A DNA stretch of 64,000 nt from Azolla caroliniana (taxonomy: Eukaryota > Plantae > Polypodiophyta): positions 27,404,001 through 27,468,000 of the forward strand of contig JBHGNT010000001.1 in assembly GCA_043228905.1 (NCBI GenBank), in the 5' to 3' direction. How positions within the stretch are numbered: the stretch's first letter is position 1; every line of letters starts with the position of its first letter. This document shows, piece after piece, positions 35,755 through 49,275 of the stretch. Below the pieces are notes generated by a model. That model was not told the DNA's origin. It saw only the letters and a list, made by a program, of their open reading frames with translations, and did no database searches. A program made the translations under genes and the position numbers.

Positions 35755-37988
35755 CTAAGATTGGCAAGAGTTCAAAAGCTGAAAGTAGACACCCTGTTTG
35801 GCATGGAGCTCATGGTGGGTGCCTTGTTCAGTGATGGCACCATTCTGCAGTACGACAATGGATTCAGCACTTTGTATGGTAGACATGCGATGGGCAACAA
35901 TCACTGTGGTCCTCTTCAGCATCAACCTATCCAACGCCTCTTGGACTAGCTTCTCCGATTCCACATCCAATGCACTTGTGGCCTCATCAAGCAGCAAAAT
36001 AGCCGGTTTCCTAAGAACAGCCCTCGCAATAGCCACTCTTTGCTTTTGACCCCCTGATAATTGCACCCCCCTCTCCCCAACCTCTGTGTTGTATCCCTCT
36101 GGCAATGAGCTTATAAAGCCATGTGCATTTGCCACTTTGGCTGCCTCCACTATGTCAGCTTCTGTTGCTGACTCATTTCCATATGCTATATTCTTGTAAA
36201 TGCTTGTGCGAAAGAGGGCTGGCTCTTGTTGAACAAGTCCTATATGTTCTCTCAGTGAATTCAACCTTACAAGCTTTACATCCTTCCCATCTATCATCAC
36301 TCTTCCACGTTGTGGATCATAAAACCGCACAATGAGGGCAATTAATGAGCTTTTCCCACAACCGCTCTGCCCGACCAATGCAAGACTTTGGTGCTGTTGA
36401 ATCTTGAGGTTTAAGTCTTTAAAGATTTGTACGTCCATTCGGGTTGGGTAGCAAAAGTCAACATGCTTGAACTCAATAGCCCCTTTCACCTCCACCATTT
36501 CTTCAGCCTTTGGATCACATGCATTGATTTCAGTTCGTCTATCCAATATGCGAAAAGCCGCTCTTAACTCATCAGCCCCTCTAAGGAAGTCAGGGGCAAC
36601 ACCTAGAGCCTCAGCCATGCCAAATCCAGTTATCATCATCACCATGAAGCATTTCATCACTTCGCTGAAAGTGGAATCTCCTCTGATTATAAGCTTTCCG
36701 GCATACCACAACGAGAGACTATACGATGAGAAGAGTAGTAATTGTGAAGCTCCAAACCCAATCCCTCCTATCTGACCTCGGATAAATGATTTCCTCTGGG
36801 AATCATTTAGTTCTTTCGTAAACATGCTCATCACCTTCTCCTCGGCAGAGAAAGCTGCAACAGTGCGAATATTGCTAATAGCTTCGGCTGCAATTACATT
36901 AGCCTTCATGTATGCTTTGTTTAAATCTCCACTGAAACCTTTCGCAAATTGAACCTACCACAAAACTTCTCGTTTAAAACCAATGGAAACTGAAAAATAA
37001 CATCATGTTAAAAATTATAAACTAAAACCAGCATATACCTAACCTTTTTTATGTTACCAGAATATCCTAAGTTTTAAAAACAATACCAAAATACATCTCT
37101 GCAGTAATGAAGTTTGTACAGTGGAAGGGTATTCTGGTGCGGCTTAAAAGTTTAGGGATGATTAGTAAATATGCTACATATTAGGGGTACTTTGGCATTT
37201 TCCCCATGAATCTAGTAGGGTTTGATATTTACCTGCCCTAAATTTGATAGAATAAGCCCCGGTAAAGTGGCTGTCATTACAGATGCCATTTTCCATTGAA
37301 GATTAAAAGTGATGATGAACGCAGTAACAACTAGACCCAAATTTTGGAATAGGGTAATTGTTCTGTCAATAACCACTGTTCTTAGCAACGGGGCATCAAG
37401 CGCTAGTTGTGAAGAAAGTAGCGTACTGCTGTTCTCGTCAAACCAGCTGATTTCATTCCGAAGAATTGCTGCAAATGACAGTTACATCAAACTAAATGTT
37501 GAATATATCTTTATGTAAGTCCAAACATTGAGCAGCATAAATGGAACTCATCCATGAGAAAAGAAAACTGATGAACTAGATGTGAATGGATGCAGCATGC
37601 ATGCATGTACCATGCAAATTCCATAAAAAAACCAAGCAAAGCATAAAGAGTAAACATCCTTCTTGATCAACCCATCAAGAAGCACAATATAAAGTGCGGG
37701 TCTCCATTAGCCTCTTTACAATGCATGATGAAAATGTGGAGAATAGTATCTACCATGCAAACATGGAGAATAGTATCAAGAAGCCAGATAGAAGGTGCCA
37801 GTCTCTATTAGCATCTTTACAATCCATGATCAAAATGTGGAGAATAGGATCCAGCGCTTGCTAGATTTAGCCTGTTTATAATCTTAAATGAAGATATGGG
37901 GAACATATAGGTATCTCTGGGTTTATGATATACCCTCTTTACAATTATTGTGGAGTTATGGGCATGGAAATATAGAATATGTGTGTGT

Positions 37989-38019
<31 letters not shown>

Positions 38020-41000
38020 GGGGGGGCATCTAAAGATGCTTAGCATAACTTAGCTTCATACATCAAGAATGTAGAGAAAAATATACCAGAAAACATTAGT
38101 TTCCTGAAGCACACTGTCAAATTTTCTCCCGCAATTCCTGAAAAGTAGAATTCAAAAGTATATGCTAGAACCGCCACGGCACTGAGCCCACAACACAGAA
38201 GCGAAACTTTGGTAAGCCCCCTCTTCATGTATTCACCATCAGGAAAGTTAAAATACACGAGGGCTTGAGTTATGATCAAGCCAAATAGTGGTAATTGTGC
38301 TCCTGCAGCAATGGCACCAATAGCACTGAGAAAACCATACTGCCATTGACATGCACTAATCTTGATCACCCTCTTAAAGAATGGCCTTGGGCCAGTCAAA
38401 TCATCAGCATTCATTGCGCGCTCCATTCCCACACTAGCTAGGTCAGTAGTGGAACAGAAACTGTATGTCCTTTGAGAGACTGATCCACTAAAGGATCCAT
38501 AAGAATTTCTGCATAAAAGCAACACAACTACAATCAGTGGGGCAATTTTGCAAGGTGCCTACAAGACCCACCTGCTATTCTACCTACAATTTCGTAAGGT
38601 GCTCAAATTACTACCTGAAATTACATAGGTTGCAGTCTCACCTGCTAACGCATTTAGGTTGGATGATTTTACAAGAACAGAAGGCCAGAAAACATTATGA
38701 GAATTGGAGAAACTCACCTGCTAAGCTTTGTAGTTTGCTGGGGTTGGTCCCATTGTTTCACAAGGGCAGCATAGGCACCACCTCCTTTCTCTAATAGCTC
38801 TTTGTGTGAACCAACTTCAAGAACTCTCCCATTCTGGACAAATACAATCATATCTGTGTTTTGTATAGATGATAGTCTATGTGCCACAACCACTGTGGTC
38901 CTTCCAAACATAACCCTAACAATGGCATCTTGCACACTTTTCTCTGATTCCAAATCCAAGGCACTTGTGGCTTCATCCAATAAAAGGATTGAAGGGTGTT
39001 TCAACATCGCTCTGGCAATCGCAATTCGTTGCTTTTGACCTCCCGAGAGCTGAGAACCTCTCTGTCCTACCTGCATTTAAACAGTAAAGTGAGTGCCTTA
39101 GGAAATATGGAATAAGTTGGGGATGCTATCTTGTTTTAGAGCACCCAAAGCCTGTCTATCATCTTCAATGAATTCATACCATGTTTAACAAGTATGGTTT
39201 ATTCAATCCACTATAAGTGTCAATGTGATTTAATTCACATTCTATCAAATGCTTATGCAATCATTATAAGATGACGTCCGATTTTATCCATATCTATATT
39301 TACGAATTGAAGTACATGCAAGCCTGCATTAATTGTTTGTGCAATCACAAGTTGATTCGTCTAATATGTCATATTCAGCATTATTATATTAATTCATAGC
39401 CACATGTATGATTATTGATCCAATTGAGTTTGCATTAATTTATGCGCATGTGTTGCAACTGACAGCAAGGTAACAGTTTTTCCCTTGCCAATGTTATGTT
39501 TAGATTCAATATAATTCTAGGGTTATTTGCCATCACAGTTTCATGATTGTTTACGCATACATATCAAATGACCTATATGTGTATTTACACATACATATCA
39601 AATGCTTGTGACATCATTGTAATTCGGCCATTTTAGGGACAGTTACAACAAAAGCTACATCTAAGTATAATGATTTCTACTGCTACACTGTAAACCACAA
39701 GCCGGGATTTCAACTCCCACCCAATCCCTCCTTTCCTAAAAACGCCCATCAGGCCCCAATTAAGATTAAAAAAGAGTCAATTTTTAACACTTGTATTCAT
39801 AAAAGATTAATTTAAACCTGAGTTTCATAGCCCTTTGGAAGCATATTGATGAAATCATGGGCAGATGATATTTTCGCCACCTCGATTACTTCATCCATTG
39901 AAACTTGATCACCTTCAAGTTTCCCGTATCTAATGTTCTCAGCAATAGTTGTTGAGAATAGGCATGGCTCCTGATTGACAAGGCCCATTTGATCTCTTAG
40001 CCACTTGAGTTGCATGTTTTTGATGTTGTGCCCATCAAGTAGCACATCACCTGTGTAATTAAAACGAGAAATACAAATCTCAATATAAACCTTGTGAAAA
40101 TAACAAAGTGTAAGTCAATGATGAGAGCATAGTCCCTAAATACTAAACACTAAACCATGAGAGAAAGAATAACTATATGGGTCAATGATGGGAACATGAA
40201 ACCTTAGACAGAACATGTATATAAGTACATGTTGAAGCATATGCCTAAACCCTAACCACGACATGATAAAGTTCCAAGAACAACCATATTAGCAAAACTT
40301 AACCCCAAACCCAAATCATTACATAACCACAAACTCCTACCCCTAGACCCTAACCAGAATCTTACGCACCCTTACCCTAATTCTGAGCCTAATACCTAAA
40401 CATTGAACTATGAAAATTCATAGTCGATGACTTCTAAACATTAATAATAGTGTACCTGAGGTAGGATCATAGAACCTCTCGATGAGTGAAATAATGGTGC
40501 TCTTTCCTGAGCCACTGCTACCAACGATGGCCACCGTTTTACCCGCAGGTATGCAGAGAGAAAACCCGTCAAAGACATTGACGTGAGGTCGAGAAGGGTA
40601 GGAGAAATTCACATCACGAAACTCGATCTCGCCATTAATCCTTTCCAGCGTCAAAGAACCTGAATCCTCTTCTTTCCTCATAGCCATCATTGGAAGCTTT
40701 CCGTCGATCACGGTGAAAACTGAGTGAGCTGAGACTTGTGCTTTGCTGATCGTCGCCAAATCTGGCGCAGCCTGCACCAGAGCCCTGCATCATGGTCGTC
40801 ATCTCTTAAACCCTCGGCCCTTCAAACCTAAAACCCCCCCAAAAACCACTAATTCTAGAACGCCAAAGGAAGCCCCTACCCCTAATCCGTGTGACCTACA
40901 CAACGAATCCCAAAAGCCCTGAGCTCATAAACCCTAATCCTAACCCTAAATCTTGAGTCCAAGGCCAGAAATGCAAAAGGAAAGCCTGAGCTGATGACCC

Positions 41001-44000
41001 TACAAGAAGTAGCCAAATGTGAGTAAGCCGTTACAAACAACTCTTAGTGTCCATCGGAAACTTCTGCGGGTGTAGTCGTGGACACTTAGCTGTAAAAACC
41101 CTTGCTATGGGACCCCCCCCCCCCCCCCAACATGTCCGCCTGGACATGGAATAATAATGAACATACTCCCAGGGTTGTTGCCATCTGGCTAATGGTCCCT
41201 CACCTCCCTCGTACGAGAGGTGAGTGGGGGAGCTCGTGCATTTAATCGTGGATCAATTAATCACACTCACTCACGCTGCCTCCATTGACAATGTGATCTC
41301 CGACATGTCCACCCGGACATGGAATAATCATGAAAATACTCCCAGGGTTGTTGTCGTCTGGCTAATGGTATGTCGCCTCCCTGGTGCAAGAGGTAAGTCA
41401 GGAAGCTCATGGATCAATTAATCATACTCATTCATGCTCCCTCCGATGATAGTGTGAACATATTCAAAAAGAGAAAATGTAGAAGTGGCAATGTTCTTTG
41501 TGTTGTACTTCCAAATGAGTGCCAATGTCATTGAAATGGTGTGTCGACGTACTTATGGAAACTCACATCGTGATTGCCACTGTTGTCATAATAGTCATGT
41601 AATTAATACTACTCGTGTTAATTGTTCGTGATTAAGCACTTTTCAAGAGGTAGAATATGGTTACAAAGAAGAAGGGAAAATTCTCAAAATTTGAGGGCCT
41701 CTTGATCTATTGATTACTCATGGGTGTATGCATAGAATAACTATTTATACCAATATGGTAATGCATAATAATGACTATCAGTAATAATTGAAATACAATA
41801 ATGGTAAAATGTACATATAATGGAAGGTCTGATTTACGAGTCAAGGTTGGATTGTGAATGGTCATGAATTGTGAGGATGAGGGCACCTTTGGAAGGCAAC
41901 TGATCATCAAACTCCTTAATTTGAGAGGTGAAATTTCTCTCATATTCGCAAGCTTTAAATTTAAAGCTTGCGTGTGTTTCCTCTCCGTGATCAATGACTC
42001 ATCTGGCATCCAAGACCATGGATAATTGTTGTGTATTATGGAGTAGTTGTGATATATATATACACAGAGAGAGAGGGAGGGAGGGAGACACACGCACTAT
42101 AATATGAGTACATATATGTAGAATTGAGTATTGATGAGAGATTATCTACTCTTTAACATTCATGCGAAATTGATTGTGATCTACAAGCTAGGGCCTAGCC
42201 CATGGCGAGGATCAAACCTTGGCTATCTCAAAATTTGACTTTCTTGCTATGGTGTGAACCACCACGCCAACAACCAAAGAGATAAAAACAAAGATTAATT
42301 AATGTTTTGGATTGATTATTTGATAGTTAATTACGTAGACAGAAGCACACAATTAAACTGAAACTAATGATCAAATCCTTGGACTTGGATCTTTGATTTT
42401 AGTCCATTTTTTAAAAAACATTAAAAATTAGTACATGTGCATGATATGTATTTTACAATATATTATGTGGTCTCTCATCAAACCCAAACTTTTGTTATTG
42501 TCAAAACTCATATTTAGAAAAAAAGGCAACATTCATTTTTATGTATCTTGCAAGTTGCAATTACCTAATGTCAATTGCTGTCCTCCCCCCAAAACCAATG
42601 TTGATATTTATAAAACGTCTAAGCCTAGCTTTAATGCGTTGTTAATATATTTCATTCAATGTTGATCCTAACTTCTCCTTTTTATTCCTCCTAGTAAAAA
42701 GCACATGCTTTCACATCTCAATTAAATTGAGGATGATGTTTTTTGAGAGAGAAAGAAGAAAGTCGGCATGACTATAAACATGTCAATTAATGCATCAAAA
42801 GGAAGGTTCACGCTCACGAGAGGATTGTGAACAGTCATGACTCATGAATATAACCAACGACAATATATCACGGTCTACATGATGAGTGGCATCAACTTAA
42901 TATGTGAACATAGAAGCTCTTATAGGTCATGTGAAAGTGAATGGATTAGATGTCGTTGAAGCTTAAAATGAAGGGGTTATATGTCAAGAACATGTAATAT
43001 GCATATACAACTATTGTACCAACACTTTATGCTTTAATCCTTCATTTAAAAGTACATTTTTGGGTTTAATGGGTTGCAATGATAGGGATATGGAAGTTGA
43101 CACACTTTATAAAAGTAAATAGGGACAATGAGACATGTAATCAAGATGTCTTTGACTTTTAAATTGATTATTTGTCAAATAAGCACACCTAAAAGACCTA
43201 GGAATTTAGTTAGTTTGGGTAACTACCAAGTCCCAACAATCTAGGGGCTATTTCTACGTTTTCGTCACTAGTTGGATAGCTACAAGTTCAAGATAAATAA
43301 ATAGAAGTACAACATTATTATAATGAATCCAATAGACAAGTAAAAAAGAAAAAGAAAAAATGAATGAGAAGGGAAAAGAGTATACAAGCAACTCGCCACA
43401 ACGTTGAGGATGGTGGTGAAGGCAAGCCCACCGCTAGAGTCGCCATTGCGCACTAGCCGACCAGCATACCACAAAAGCAATGAGAAACATGCAAATCCCA
43501 TCCCATGGATCACTCCCATGCCTAATCCCTTTGCCAACCCTGCACGCCACCCTGCACGTTGCCCATCTTGTAATGCTCTCTCGTACGCCTCATTGGCAGC
43601 TTTCTCACCCCCAAATGCTTGTAGTGACTTTATATGTGTTATTGTCTACATTTTTTGACAACACTTTTTTATATTTACATGAACAGTAACACATTTGGAC
43701 TAAGCGTAAGCAAAACACTAAACAAAATATCAAGCATTATTTTACTTTGTTATTTGTAGATGAAACATTATTTTACTTGGTCAATGTATTTTTAGACAAA
43801 ATTTGAACATGCATATAGGCAACACTTAGAAAATCATTAAGCATACATTCTTAAATTTGGATGGATCTGGCACAATTTCATGCTCTTAAAATTTAGTTTA
43901 GTTTACCTCGTGAACAATCTTCCCAGCCATCACATAACCTTGTTGGCTTTTGTTAGACAACTCAACCATGACATAGCCATATACCCCTCCAATAGCCACT

Positions 44001-45329
44001 ATCAAAGGCATTACGACAAGTGTCAATAGTGTAAGTTTCCATAGGCCACAAAACGCCACCACACATCCAGCGACAAATTGCGAGAAATAGTGTATCAAAT
44101 TGCCGGTCTGTTTCAAAAAGGTGATAGTAGTGACATCATTAGATAATGAAGAAGAAAAAGCAAGAGTATTCGGTGGGGCTAGTCTTAGCTCTTTAGTAGA
44201 GTTAAATGTGACACACCCTTTGTTTTATTTACAAATTACACCAATCACATTATGAAAAATGACTAACACGAGCATATTCTATTAGAAGTTGTACACAACA
44301 ATTTCACATTTATGATTATGAGACTTAGGAAATATTGTATCAAGCATTATCAAACTAGATGTATGTAGTCTAATTGAACGTACCCAATTATAAGGGAGCT
44401 CCTTAGCTATATACAATTCATTTCAACTTCGTTTTCTCCAAGGCCGGAAGTGTCACAATTAGTTTATGACCATTCTCACTCGTGAAAATATGGCAAAAGC
44501 ATTTCGTGCAACACATACCTTCACTCCTATAGCATCTTGAATTAGAGACGTGTCTCTGGAGATTCCCATCACAACATCACTAATCGAAATATCAATATCA
44601 TGTGCGCTAACATCTTGTGTGATGAGAGCTTTCACATACTTTGCTCGAATACACGCTGATTGTCGATCTCCCGTGTACATCCACAAGCACACTTCTGTGA
44701 ATTAAAAAGCTTTACCATGATAACATTTCATTTGAAGTATGCTTAGCTTCAAAGTGTAGTCATACTTCTCGAAATTATAAAGCTATTGACATTCGATGAT
44801 AATGTCACGAGAAACTATCATATGAATTATGCTATGAATATATTCATGTGTAATTATCCTTTAGAGTTACTATTAGGCACGCAATGGTTATATCATTTGA
44901 AGTAGAACAATCTTGATTCTAATTTATCATAACAAGATCACAATATTACCAATCCATCCAGAGCCAAATCGTGCCAAGCTAAGGTAAATGAAGTACAAAG
45001 CATACTGCATTTAAGCTAGGGAAATATGTTAGTAATTTGTATGGTGAAACTTTGAACCAATTGATATCAATGCTTTATTAGTTATATGATACCTTATTGA
45101 CATCATGAGGGGCAGTTGAAGGATCTATAGTTAAGTTTCCCAAGCTATCGATGAGTTTTCCAAAGAAGACAAAGAAGATGGGCAAGGCAATGCCATGGAT
45201 GATGGCTCCTACACCACCAACAAACATGAGTAAGTAGTCAAAAACATCGGCATATGCAAACAACTTATTGTAAGGGATACTTGATGATGATAATATGGAT
45301 GGAGAATTGCAAGTAAACATGCAAGCCAT
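35755..45329 (-). CDS. Full-size ABC transporter B family member (P-glycoprotein/MDR, TMD-NBD-TMD-NBD), 11 exons
   Basis: Exons 45329-45093, 45004-44950, 44694-44519, 44107-43907, 43645-43386, 40784-40456, 40050-39818, 39070-38718, 38508-38087, 37468-37233, 36954-35755 join in frame. Two NBDs: Walker A GSSGSGKS and GQSGCGKS, signature LSGGQKQR twice, Walker [13 protein letters not shown] twice. N-terminal KLFAYAD. Start codon uncertain. Confidence 0.95.
41130..41460. repeat. Diverged 173-bp tandem duplication in ABCB intron 5
   Basis: acatgtcc....ggacatggaataat.atgaa.atactcccagggttgttg...tctggctaatggt...tggatcaattaatca.actca at 41130 and 41303. Confidence 0.85.
42190..42276 (-). mobile_element. 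tRNA-derived SINE-like head in ABCB intron 5
   Basis: Minus strand reads ggttgtTGGCGTGGTGGttcac...ccaaGGTTTGATCCTcgcc: Pol III A-box-like and B-box-like motifs at tRNA-like spacing, without a full cloverleaf. Confidence 0.5.
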
Positions 45330-46799
45330 TATGGATATATATGGATGATTACGTAGAGGATTATTATAATAACGTCTCTTTGTTGATAAGTAAATCACTT
45401 ATTTTCCATGTTTTTATGCTCATTAATGGCTTAGTAGAGTTGGTTTGTATCTTATGTGTTGCAATGTACATGTATTCATTGTTATCTATATACATATATG
45501 GGAGGCCTAAGTGAGTGTGGTCATTATAGCTTTGAATGAAGATGTGATTTTTCTCTTTGGAGATGATAGGAAATAATTTAGTATCAAACAAAAGAAGAAT
45601 CATTAGCTTACAGGACAAAACAATGCAAGAACAGAGAAAGCGAGAGATGTAGGTTGCTAGGAGAAACAACGTGCAATATAAAAGAATTCAAAATGCTTGC
45701 TTCTTTTCTAGTATAGTATGAAAGCGATGCCAAAGTATCATTATGTACACATCCATGACTCATTGTCATTATCGGATATCACAATAGAGAAACTATGAAA
45801 TATCCATAAGTTATCTTGAATTCTAGAAATGCCCCTAAAAATCGTCATTAACTCCTCATATACGACTAGTTAGACCCTTGTATCCAAGTGATACATCTCC
45901 CTATTTCACACATCTATTTCTCTATCTATAAAACACCTCTCTTCTCCTCCATCCAACCATCAACATCTTTGTCTTTGTCTTTGTCTTTGTCTCTCCATCC
46001 CTATTTTGGTAATCTCTGTTTCTCTCTCTCTCCCTCACCTACTAGACGTGAAAATGGTCCAATTGTTGGAGGTTGGTCTTATTTGGACAAAGAAACCGAT
46101 GGACCGATTGAACTCTTTCATGAATGACTTGCTATCCTCATTCAAAATGGATAAATGCAAACAAAACAGTTGAGTCAAAATCCTATTCGTGAACACCTTG
46201 ATGGCAATTTACACGATGTTAAAAGCAAATGTCTCAAACATACATTGCTCCTCCTGTGGTGGATGCATATGATTCACTTAGTCCCATACATTGCAACACA
46301 AAAGGGCATGTCAACATTGTGAATGGAAGTAGAGGAGGATGAGGCACATGTACCACTAAAGTGCCCAAGATAGGATCTCATTTCATAAAATTATCCAATG
46401 TGTGTGATGAGAAAATATGAGTTTTCTAAAAATGCTTTTGAAGATTACATGATTATTTTTAAAGCTCACATTATAAGAGTCATTGAAAATTTTAGACAAT
46501 TTAATACATACCCCTCATTCCCATACCCTTTTTGGTTCCATTGATCACTTAGCCCTCCATGGGAAACATTGAATGTCATCTATACAACCTTTTCATCCCT
46601 TATTTATATCCATCGATGTTTACTAGTGTAGTAAACATCAATGGATGTTTACTACACTCATTATCGAGAGGCAACACTCATTATGTAGTTTATGTTCTTA
46701 GAATGTAGTAATTAACATATAATTCTAAGGAGTTTATTTTTCCATAAAAAATATCCTCCATTGGTATTCAAATTAAAGTAAACAATATATGTACATATA

Positions 46800-47150
46800 T
46801 TTTCTTGCATCAGTTCAAAACTTATATAGCACATCCTCGGCATATCCATGGTCTCTATGGCCTCTTTTGAGTGCATTCCATGAGACGATATTTGAAACCA
46901 TAATTGTGCTAAATGTTTTCTATATAGTTTCTCCATTTCAAGCATATTTTGAAATTAAACTAGTCCATTCAATAAGACTTCTTGCTTGTCTTATAGCAAA
47001 TACTTGTTTAGCTTCAAGCATACTTCCACATTTTGCATACATCTCAATAAGAGCACTTGTTTCTGTTACCTCCATGTTCAGCCAAGACATTTGAGCATGG
47101 AAGTTGCCTTCCACAAGCATTTGAAGATAGAGTTTTCATGCAATTTGTGT
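46800..47150 (-). pseudogene. PLS-class pentatricopeptide repeat (PPR) gene fragment
   Basis: TSALIEMYAKCGSMLEAKQVF...SLIEWTSLISKYA*NGE...NIVSWNAL..G..DHG are typical PLS PPR motifs, interrupted by stops. Confidence 0.8.
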
Positions 47151-48709
47151 ATTTATTGATCAGACTTGGAGAACATTCTCAATAGTATCATAGGATTCAC
47201 ATCGTATTGTATAATGGTTCATCATATTGGGCTCCTCTTTAGGGCACGAGCTTCCAAAAAAACAAACTATACTATCTACACACACGTAATAAATGGATAT
47301 AATCAAGATAGAGCGTTCGCGAGGGAGAGAGAAAAACAAGAGGAAATGTAACCACTATACAACAAATTGACAACGGGTAATTAATGAAACAAACTTAGAT
47401 ACAATTCTGATTTTCCCTTGATATATGCAAATATGTATTTAAATATATGGATCATGGCCATCACAATTGTAATGTTCATACATCAAACTAACTTTGCATT
47501 TGACTTGTACCATAAATGTTTTCTGAGAGTCCTTGTGGTTGAAAGTTTAAATGAGAAAACTTCCTTTGAAAAGGAACATGTGCATATCCAAAGACTCTGT
47601 CTTGCAAGACAAAATTCCTATAAACTTTTTGATAATAATTAATATTTACACTATTGTAACCATGTTCATTGATTCCTTTTATCACATGCCAACTAAAATG
47701 CAACAATTTAAAAGCTCCTTGAATGACAAGAAGCAATTAAAAAGGACATCACATAGAGAATGATAGAGTATGATGTGATACCGATGGAGACTTTTGAAAG
47801 AATAAAACCTTGTCATTAGCTCCAAACTTGTATTGATACTTATTTTGATGAGTTTGGTTGCTTTCAAAATAAATCAAAGTAGGTTTGACACGATCTCTCA
47901 TTTGGGGGAATTCTTCAGCAAGCATATTGATTAGGGGAGTGTGCTATTTTCTATGATCGACAAGTTTTCAATGAGCACAAGGCTTCAATACCTCAATCAT
48001 CCACAACCCATCCATGACCATCCAAATTTGTAAATTCAATCTATGTACTAAGTAACTCATCCATTTGCAATGGGTATATTCGCTTGGCAAATAAGTTGTA
48101 GTGAGGTGCTTTAGGAGGCGAGGTTTTTTTTGTATGAAGATGAACTTCGATCAAAATTGGTGAGCTTTTGAAAGTTAGTTCTGTTGTTGACCATGACCAC
48201 TCTATGATAAATCTATAGCTTAGTCTGGGTGGTGTTCACAGAGAAAATAACATAAGAGTGAGGAAAGAATCGTTGGGATTTTGGATGGAAGAGATGGAAC
48301 TAGTAGAGATGTAGTAAATAAATATTAATGAGTGATGAAGAAATAAGCTCAAAAACGATATTTGAGAGCATGTAAATATTTCCATGGTATAACGTACAAA
48401 GGGTGTGTCGAGGTAGTTTGAAACCTTTGCCCTTTTACTTGCGAGGTAACCACTATGAAATGTTGGTCCATTATGCTTTTCTTAAAATAAGAATACTTAA
48501 GAATGCCACATTGAGGTAAGACTTGAACCTTCACCCTTTTGTTCAAAGGTGATCACTACAACTAAAGATCAAGTTATAACCGAGGGAGGCTCTTAAACAT
48601 GCAATGGATTTTTATTTTTTATTTTTTTTCCCTTCAAAGATTTTCCTTAGTAGTATTAAGAAAAAACATGTATATGCTACAACTGAAGCTTGTGTGCCCA
48701 AAAGCTTAC

Positions 48710-49113
48710 TGTTGAGAATCAAGCTCAACTTGGTCTAGTGTGTGAACTCACCTTGAGAGTGAAGAGACACTCCAACGGTCAAGAGTTGCCATTATGTCAC
48801 CACTTTGTATTCTAGCATTTAGTATGAGTCATAGAATCATATTCTATGACACATAACTTATGAGCTTTCACATTCCCCATGCTCCATGAGGCTTGTAGTT
48901 AATGAAGAGAGAGGGTGACTACATAAAGCACCCTCCTCCCACCTTGTATAATGTTGTGTCTTTCTCCTTTGTTTATATTCTCAACCTTGCGTATACTCTG
49001 TGTGTGTGTGTGCGCGCGCGCGTGTGTCTCTCTCTATCTCATACACACACACACACACACACATAGTTCACACCTATTTCGCTTCACAAGAATCCATCTC
49101 TTGATTCTTTACA
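48710..49113 (+). repeat. Copia 5' LTR (404 bp)
   Basis: Direct repeat of 53735-54126 with 7 substitutions by eye plus microsatellite length changes. Confidence 0.96.
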
Positions 49114-49275
49114 TGGTATCAGAGCGATTTGGTAGCTCGATCTAACCCATTCACCTCATTGTGATCGTGTGTTGTGCTCCACGCCGACGACCAAGAACCG
49201 GCTCATCGCTATCGTAGCTTCGCTACATAGCACGCATTCGAAGAGAGAAGAAGAAGAAGAAGAAGAATCGACACA

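Noticed and set aside
47440-48000. Possible LINE RT remnant (FVLQDRVF)
   Set aside because: One weak motif only; insufficient
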